A program made the position numbers and the translations under genes. Source: Eledone cirrhosa (lineage: Eukaryota). Taken from it: DNA of 64,000 bases. The stretch lies in the NCBI GenBank assembly GCA_964016885.1, contig OZ024746.1:76756001-76820000 (forward strand). The letters are read 5' to 3'. This document shows positions 55,148 through 64,000 of this stretch, piece after piece. The notes under the pieces were generated by a model that ran no database searches, was not told where the DNA came from, and saw nothing but the letters and a program-made list of their open reading frames with translations. Position 1 is the stretch's first letter; each line of letters begins with the position of its first letter.

Positions 55148-57760
55148 TGGTGTTGGCTCGGTTGTTCACCCCTTCCTTTACATTTTCTTTACTGTTTTAA
55201 ACAAGGATTTGTTTGTTTGTTTTTTTAGTACTGTTTGGTATTCCTTCTTAAGTTTCCACACAGTTTTTTTTCCTCTCTTCTTTTATTTAAACATTGTCTT
55301 TCTCCCTTCCCTTCCCCTAAACCTTTTCCTTACTTTCGTTATTTAATTTTTTTCCAAACAAACGGCTGTAAGGAGAAGATTTGAGAGAAAGAGCTTCGTA
55401 AAGGCTTAGAAATGAAACTGAAGAACAAGCGACAGCAAAGAAAGAATATGAGTAAAAGAGTTTCGTAAAGGATTACAAACGAAACAGAAGAAAATAGTCC
55501 GCAGTCGGAATATGAGACAAAAGAGACGATTCAAAAACAGCAAAAAATACCAATGCAATGAGAGTTGGCCGTATAAATGATGCAGGATTTATAGCTAATT
55601 ATGATAATTGTTTCTACTTTTGGCACAAGGCCAGCAATTATTCCAGTGTATTACTGGTTTTTTTATTTTATTGACTGCGTCAGAATGAAAGGCAAAGTTA
55701 ATCTCGGTGGGATTTGAACTCAGACCATAAAGGGCCGTACCTCTATACTGCAAGGCACGGCGTCCGACCCTCCACCGATACTGCCAATTTAGAAAACAGA
55801 TTTTGTTTATATTTAAACAAATACAACAATTAGCAGTCATTTGTTTACGGCACGGGCCAGCTAGTCGTTAATATTCTGCGAAATTTCATTAATAAAGGAG
55901 ATTTGGTTGAAATTATCGCAAAAAAGATAAACCAAGGATATATATAGAAGAAAAATGTCAAGCTCTAACTTTAGGAAAAACTTAAAAGAAAACAATATTT
56001 TAAGCTTAAATTTCAGAATATACTTACAAGAAATTTCCATCAACTTCTGGTTTCAAGCAAAGCTGACGTCAATTTTTCTATTTTGTATTTGAATGTATTT
56101 AATTAAGTTTCAAGATATTTTCTATAGCTTTGATTATATATTTTTGTGTATTATAATTGGATATACTGTGATTATTTAAGCCGTTAAAACTGCTATAAAA
56201 ACAAAAACAAAAAATAAGATTTTGTTCGAAAATAAAATGTAACCTAATATTAAATTGCATGTAGACTTGAAATCAAGTCTATTTCCTGTTTCGTTATTAT
56301 TTATTGGTAATGTATGGATATTTTTACAAACCAATCTTTTCCCCAGTCAGATAGTATTTTCCATTTTGTATAAATCTAGAAGAAACTTTAGTCCATAATT
56401 GACAGTTATCCTTGCCTCTACAGTTTATTTACGTTACTCCTTTCATCCGTGACTTAAGCTACTGTCTTATCAGATGTTTGCAAAAGTTTGTCACATACGA
56501 ATTTCCAGTTGTCCTCTATATTATATGTACCTATTGAATCCTCTAGGGCCTTTCTAAACCTATATTTAACTGAAAGTCTTTTAGCTTCCAAACCCTCCAT
56601 CTCAATATTTTCCTGTGTATCTTGTTCTGTCATGTGCTTATTTTGATGTCGCTAATAACTAACTTGTGTTGGGCAGTGCATTCTTCCCCAGGGAAGGCCT
56701 TAGTGTTTATTACAGACCATTTATCTTGTTGCCTTATGAGTAAGTAATCAATTTGGCTTGAGCGTTCACCTGATTGATATGAAATCAGGTGGCTGGCTGG
56801 TTTCCTGAAATTTATGTTGCAGATGGTTAGTTCATTCACATCGCAGAATTCCAGGAGTCTCAATCCCTCTTCATTTCTTGAGCCATAACCTTAACTGCCA
56901 TGAACTCTACAGAATCCATCCTGGTACTGTCCCACATGTCCATTGAAGTCACCTGAAATTTCCTGTAAAAGTTCCTCATAGAACCTGTCCTTTTGTTCTT
57001 TACCCAGTCCTGCATGTGGAGCATAGCTAGATGTGATTGTCACCAGTCTATTTCCTACAGCTATTCTAAGCTCGATGATTCTGTCACTCAAACTACCTCT
57101 ATCACCTTATCTACCCATTTCTTAGCTAGCAAGATGCCTACACCTCCTACTCCATTATTATTTCCTACCCAGTAGACTATATATCTCTGTTGTTTACCTG
57201 TGATTAGTCTTGCACACGCACCCTTCTATCTCACTTCTTGTATACAGCATACATCTACTTCTCTTCTCTGTAACAGTTCCACAATTTCACCTGATTCACC
57301 TTTCAGGATTCCAACATTGAGGGTAGCAATCTTGAGATTTGTACCTTGACAATTGCTGTTATTTCCTTGGGTAGAGGTTCTATGTACCAGAAAGGAAAAA
57401 AGGCTTAATGACGGTAAAAGGGTTCTCGCACATAGCTACTCTAGCCACCCCACTACCATGTGCAGCACTAACATGACTACAGTTAGCCCTGTATATGCAA
57501 TTAATGAAAATCGTATTTGGGCTTGTCATATTTTTGGCAAGGTTATTCTGGTTGGATGCCCTTCTTATCATCAACTACTTTACAGCATGGACTGGATGCA
57601 TTATTCGGGCCACCAGCACTAGAGGAGTTGTTTTACTGGACTCAAGAGTCCTCTCCACCCTATATCAATTTTTTTATTTGGAATGTCTACTCTCCTAGAC
57701 GTGTTGCCTTCACTACGGCTTACAAAGTCCCCGCCTGTCCCATACAGCTGTTTTTAATCA

Positions 57761-58691
57761 GAGTCACTGCTCTCCTAGATGAGTTGCCTTCACTACAGCT
57801 TATCTGCCCCAAGCAGTCATTTTTAGTTGGAGTCACTGCCCTCCTAGATGTGTGCCTTCACTACAGCTTATCTGCCCCAAGCAGTCATTTTTAGTTGGAG
57901 TCACTGCCCTCCTAGATGAGTTGCCTTCACTACAGCTTATCTGCCCCAAGCAGTCATTTTTAGTTGGAGTCACTGCCCTCCTAGATGAGTTGCCTTCACT
58001 ACAGCTTATCTGCCCCAAGCAGTCATTTTTAGTTGGAGTCACTGCCCTCCTAGATGTGTGCCTTCACTACAGCTTATCTGCCCCAAGCAGTCATTTTTAG
58101 TTGGAGTCACTGCCCTCCTAGATGAGTTGCCTTCACTACAGCTTATCTGCCCCAAGCAGTCATTTTTAGTTGGAGTCACTGCCCTCCTAGATGTGTGCCT
58201 TCACTACAGCTTATCTGCCCCAAGCAGTCATTTTTAGTTGGAGTCACTGCCCTCCTAGATGTGTGCCTTCACTACAGCTTATCTGCCCCAAGCAGTCATT
58301 TTTAGTTGGAGTCACTGCCCTCCTAGATGAGTTGCCTTCACTACAGCTTATCTGCCCCAAGCAGTCATTTTTAGTTGGAGTCACTGCCCTCCTAGATGTG
58401 TGCCTTCACTACAGCTTATCTGCCCCAAGCAGTCATTTTTAGTTGGAGTTACTGCCCTCCTAGATGAGTTGCCTTCACTACAGCTTATCTGCCCCAAGCA
58501 GTCATTTTTAGTTGGAGTCACTGCCCTCCTAGATGAGTTGCCTTCACTACAGCTTATCTGCCCCAAGCAGTCATTTTTAGTTGGAGTCACTGCCCTCCTA
58601 GATGTGTGCCTTCACTACAGCTTATCTGCCCCAAGCAGTCATTTTTAGTTGGAGTCACTGCCCTCCTAGATGTGTGCCTTCACTACAGCTT
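57761..58691. repeat. 68/69-bp minisatellite, ~13.6 units
   Basis: Same array as in unit 2. Confidence 0.95.
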
Positions 58692-60157
58692 GTGGAGTCC
58701 ACATCTGTCGCGTGCAATTTTTCCGACCTTGGTGAGTGTAACAGGGCAGGTGAGGAAAGCAATGGTCAAGATGGTTGAGGAGTTTGGGAGCCAGGTGCAA
58801 AGCAATGTCAGCTAGAACAGCTAACAGGATGGTGGTGGATAGGGAACAGGTGGGATGTGGAGATGATAGAGCCATAGGCTGGGTTTTACTTTGAAAGAGA
58901 CAGTACAGGAATGCTGCATTTTTTGCTTGTTTAGAATTAATCGAGACCGGAGAATGGAGGAGTGGTGATAGAGCCATGAAGTTAGTTGAGGAAGAAAAAG
59001 AAGGAGAAGCATTTAAAAAGCATATCATAGATATAACGAGCAAATCCATATAGGCTTCATTTGAACTTAGAATGTCTCTTTGAGTAAAACATAAAACATT
59101 TTGAATGAAAATATTGATAACTTCTTTAACTCTATACTGTCAATTTTGATAGCTGGTTCCTCTGTTGGGTCAGCTGAGAGTAGTCTATCTTCCTCTCATT
59201 CATCAGTTCTCATAGTAACATTTCCAGACCTCTTTTGTTTGGACATCAGTGATGCTAAGTGCACCAATGTCCTTTTGAGCACACTTTTCCTCAACATACT
59301 GCTTCACACTAATACAGTGCTTTGTAATGCAGAACACATCACGTCTCTGATCCTTATATTGCAAGATATTGGTAATCCTCCTTTCAGCCTCTTTGCATGC
59401 TATATATACTTGTCTAGCTTTTCTTTTAGCTACCTGGCACTGGTCTCTGCTGTCTCCATGCCTGACTTTTGGCTTTAACATTCTATTCACTATACTGATC
59501 TACCATCAGGCCACTCTTTGTCTGGCTGAAGCAAAGCACCAACTATAAGTCTCATCAGTAGTCTGTAGTAGGTTGTCATGTAGAAACTTCTAATTGTCCT
59601 TTATATGAATCTAACTTATCTTCTCTATCATTATATGCAACATGTAAAGCTTTCCTGAACCTATACTTAACAGAAAGGTGCTTTAGCTTCCAAATACTCA
59701 TCCTCCAGATTTTTCTACATTTTAAGTTCTGATGTAATAACTAACTTTTGTTGGCCTGTGATTTCTTCTCTGGGGAAGGCGTTAACATTTATGATCATCT
59801 GTTTATCTCATTTCCTAACAAGAAGTCAATCTGGTTCACTTGTTCACTTGATTGGTAGGTGATCAGGTGGCTAGCCAGTGCTGCAAATGGTTAGTTCATT
59901 TGCATCATAGAATTCTAGAAGCCTCATACAGTCTTCAGTTCTCAAGCCATAACACAGGTGTAGTCATCCTGGTGCTGCCCAACATGTTCATTGAAATCAC
60001 CAGCAAGGATAATGAGGTTTCTGTCATCTGTAACTGACGTTGTCTGTAAAAGTTCCAAATATAAGCAGTCCTTTTATTCCTTACTTAGTTCTGCCTGTGG
60101 TGCATAGCTTGAGATAATTCTCATCATTCTATTGCCTATGACTATTCTGAGTTTGAT

Positions 60158-61526
60158 AATTCCAAACCTGGAAGCAGGGACTAGAGAGAAAGGGCCTCAA
60201 AGTCAACATGACAAAGACTAAGGTCCTTATAAGTAGACGAGAAAACAGAACCCAGATCCCCTCAGGGAAATGGCCTTGCTCAGTATGTAGGAAAGGTGTA
60301 GGTAGGAACTCCATTCTCTGCCCCAAATGCAAACAATGGGTACACAAGAGATGTAGCGGGATCTCAGGAAGCTTAATTAAGAATGTAGGATTCACATGCA
60401 GCAGCTGTGCTGAAACAGCAAGCAAACAGCCACAGGAAACAAGTACCACCAATCTCTGGGAGGGCCCTGTAGAAACAGTAGACAGCTTCTGCTACCTAGG
60501 TGACCGAATTAGCAACGGAGGTGGGTGCTCAGAAAGTACAATAACTAGGGTAAGAACGGGATGGAAGAAGTTTAGGGAACTACTACCACTGCTAGCTGCA
60601 AAAGGCTTCTCCCTCAGAATGAAAGGCAGACTGTATGATGCGTGTATCCGAACAGCGATGTTGCATGGTAGTGAGACCTGGGCGCTGAAGGTGGAAGACT
60701 TACGTAGATTAGAGAGAAACGAAGCCTGCATGCTCCGATGGATGTGTAACAGTAATATACGTGAACGACAAAGCATAAAGGAATTGAGAGAGAGACTGAG
60801 CATAAGAGGAATCAAATGCTGCGTACAGGAGAGGCGGTTACGCTGGTATGGACATGTGATGCGTATGAAGGATGACAGCTGCATAAAAAGGTGCAGAGCA
60901 CTAGAAGTTGATGGAAACCGCGGAGTGGGGAGACCCAAGATGACTTGGGATGAGGTGATAAAAGCCGACCTTACCCAACTACACCTCTCAAAGTCAATGA
61001 CACACGACCGTGACTTCTGGCGTCACGCAGTAATACAGGGTACCCGACCTCCCATGGGTACATGCTGAAGCATATAAACAATATGCCCCCCCCCCCCACC
61101 GCAAGGTGGTCGTGGAGGTGCCACGGCAAAAAAGCACCCAGCCCACACTGTAAAGTGGACGTGTAGGCGCCACGAAAAAGCACCCAGCACTCACTCGTGG
61201 AGGTGCCACGGCAAAAAAGCACCCAGCCCACACTGTAAAGTGGACGTGTAGGCGCCACGAAAAAGCACCCAGCACTCACTCGTGGAGGTGCCACGGCAAA
61301 AAAGCACCCAGCCCACACTGTAAAGTGGACGTGTAGGCGCCACAAAAAAGCACCCAGCACTCACTGTAAATGAGGTTGGTGTTAGGAAGGGCATCCAGCT
61401 GTAGAAATCAAGCCAGATCAGTTCCTGTATGAGCAAGGCATGGTCAGCCGACCAGACACTGCCCACAACAGGACAACCCGTCTAACCCATGCTAGCGTGG
61501 AAGAACGGACGTAAAACGGTGATGAT
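60158..61526 (+). mobile_element. RTE-A truncated copy, unit 4
   Basis: ORF 60208-61068 identical to unit 1. Confidence 0.95.
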
Positions 61527-62143
61527 AATTCTGTCTCTTACCCTAACAACTTTGATTACCTTATCTATCTACTTCTCAGCTAGTAGAATGCCTACTCCAC
61601 CTACCCCATCATCATTCTCTACCCAGAAAATCTGTGTTGTTTGCCTGTGGGTAGTCTTGCTGAAGTGCCACTCCCTCTCACTTCTTGAGCACAGCATACA
61701 TCCACTTATCTGCTTTCAAGTAACTCAACAATTTCTCCAGATCTTCGTTTCAGAGTGCCCACATTAAGAGTGGTAGCCCTAAGATGTGCTACCTGACAGT
61801 TGTGGTTATAGCGAAATCTCTTCACACACTGACCCCCAGATGACACCTAGCTTTCAATGTTCAGTAATCTGGGGTGACGTCAGTTTGTCTGGAGTGTCAG
61901 GTCATTTTTGAGGTAAAAGCAAGATAACTTCTTTCAATCAGTCTACTCTGGTCCCTCGAAAGAGACGCATCAAATCGACCTGCTCAAGCAACTAGCAAGA
62001 TGTAGCACTTAGCAAAAAACTTTGGCCCTCTCAACAAGGGCCCAGCAACATTCTTCCATCTGCATTTCATCACATCAACATAAGTTTTGGTAAATACTTT
62101 TTAATTATACATGGACAATTATACATGGATAATTTAATTATAC

Positions 62144-62963
62144 AGGGAGTTGGGTGAAGCTCTACAGCAATGGAGTGAGTTGGGCTTGTCTCTTTCTGAG
62201 AAAGTGGAGGACAGTCGAAGTCAGAGAACTTGGGACAGCATAAGTTCGAAGGCCACCTTCGACTCCCTCTTAGTCAGATCAGTTTGCAAACGCCAAATAC
62301 TCAGGCAACTGAGTTGATGCCCTACCCGTGGCCAACTCAACCTGGATGAACTCCGTGTCTCCATCGCCCTCAGAGTGGGAGCTGACGTCTGCATGGGTTT
62401 AAGGTGCCGATGCGGCAAACTCCTAAACTCCACAGACCTCCACGGTCTTTCTTGCCGCCTGAATGCCGGCCGCTTCGCACGTCATACGGAGATAAACCTC
62501 ATCCACAAGAGAGCTTTGGCCCGGGCGAACATCGTCGCAGTCTTGGAACCATCTGGGTTGTCCGAAAGTGACAGCAAAAGACCTGACGGCCTTACCCTGT
62601 GCCCCTGGTCTAGAGGCAGGTGCTTTGTCTGGGACGTCACTTAGTGACTCTTTTGCTCTCTCCCACATCCTGGATGCTGCGGTTAGCACGGGAGCCACAG
62701 CTTCTGCAGCCGAGCGGAGTAAGACCCTCAAATATTCTGATCTGTCGGCCAGCTACCTTTTTCAGCCTGTGGCTTTCGAGACGTTTGAGGGAGTCGGGCC
62801 GCTGACTGCGAGGTTCCTCTCTTCACTGGCGGCTTGCTTAATAGAGGTAACTGGCGAATCTCGTGAGGGCGCCTGGCTGTTCCAGCAACGCTGCGAGTGT
62901 GCTGGCTTGCTTCAAAAGTCATTAGAGAGGTCGCCCAGTACCCCTCGCTGCTGTCTTTTGCTC
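62144..62963 (+). mobile_element. CRE-clade fragment, unit 4
   Basis: ORFs 62375-62644 and 62568-63044. Confidence 0.85.
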
Positions 62964-64000
62964 TGGTGTTGGCTCGGTTGTTCACCCCTTCCTTTACATT
63001 TTCTTTACTGTTTTAAACAAGGATTTGTTTGTTTGTTTTTTTAGTACTGTTTGGTATTCCTTCTTAAGTTTCCACACAGTTTTTTTTCCTCTCTTCTTTT
63101 ATTTAAACATTGTCTTTCTCCCTTCCCTTCCCCTAAACCTTTTCCTTACTTTCGTTATTTAATTTTTTTCCAAACAAACGGCTGTAAGGAGAAGATTTGA
63201 GAGAAAGAGCTTCGTAAAGGCTTAGAAATGAAACTGAAGAACAAGCGACAGCAAAGAAAGAATATGAGTAAAAGAGTTTCGTAAAGGATTACAAACGAAA
63301 CAGAAGAAAATAGTCCGCAGTCGGAATATGAGACAAAAGAGACGATTCAAAAACAGCAAAAAATACCAATGCAATGAGAGTTGGCCGTATAAATGATGCA
63401 GGATTTATAGCTAATTATGATAATTGTTTCTACTTTTGGCACAAGGCCAGCAATTATTCCAGTGTATTACTGGTTTTTTTATTTTATTGACTGCGTCAGA
63501 ATGAAAGGCAAAGTTAATCTCGGTGGGATTTGAACTCAGACCATAAAGGGCCGTACCTCTATACTGCAAGGCACGGCGTCCGACCCTCCACCGATACTGC
63601 CAATTTAGAAAACAGATTTTGTTTATATTTAAACAAATACAACAATTAGCAGTCATTTGTTTACGGCACGGGCCAGCTAGTCGTTAATATTCTGCGAAAT
63701 TTCATTAATAAAGGAGATTTGGTTGAAATTATCGCAAAAAAGATAAACCAAGGATATATATAGAAGAAAAATGTCAAGCTCTAACTTTAGGAAAAACTTA
63801 AAAGAAAACAATATTTTAAGCTTAAATTTCAGAATATACTTACAAGAAATTTCCATCAACTTCTGGTTTCAAGCAAAGCTGACGTCAATTTTTCTATTTT
63901 GTATTTGAATGTATTTAATTAAGTTTCAAGATATTTTCTATAGCTTTGATTATATATTTTTGTGTATTATAATTGGATATACTGTGATTATTTAAGCCGT

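Larger units (their letters stand above)
48646..56468. repeat. Tandem unit 3 (7823 bp)
   Basis: ORF offset 48807 to 56630. Confidence 0.96.
56469..64000. repeat. Tandem unit 4 (runs off window; shorter poly-C)
   Basis: Same content; offset 7816 after the poly-C. Confidence 0.95.

Overview
AT-rich, transposon-dense animal DNA, most likely octopus (inferred from the (TA)n tracts, RTE LINEs with (GAT)n tails and tRNA-derived CORE-type SINEs). 1-18 kb is (TA)n microsatellite packed with RTE LINE copies (one full-length 1039-aa ORF), a Penelope-like element, a Tc1 element and SINEs. A compact minus-strand host gene can be rebuilt from four phase-compatible exons (30862-30901, 28911-29386, 20416-20443, 18768-18886). 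It encodes a 220-aa TIR-domain protein with a RHIM-like motif (TRIF/TICAM-like layout); the ORF track shows only part of it. Three separate loci carry hammerhead-ribozyme motifs, one inside a perfect 377-bp inverted repeat. 33.7-64 kb is a near-identical 7.1-7.8 kb tandem amplification (at least 4 units) of nested LINE relics, a 68/69-bp minisatellite, a CRE-clade fragment and a possible promoter/first exon of the TIR gene. All analysis was by eye; no searches or folding were run.
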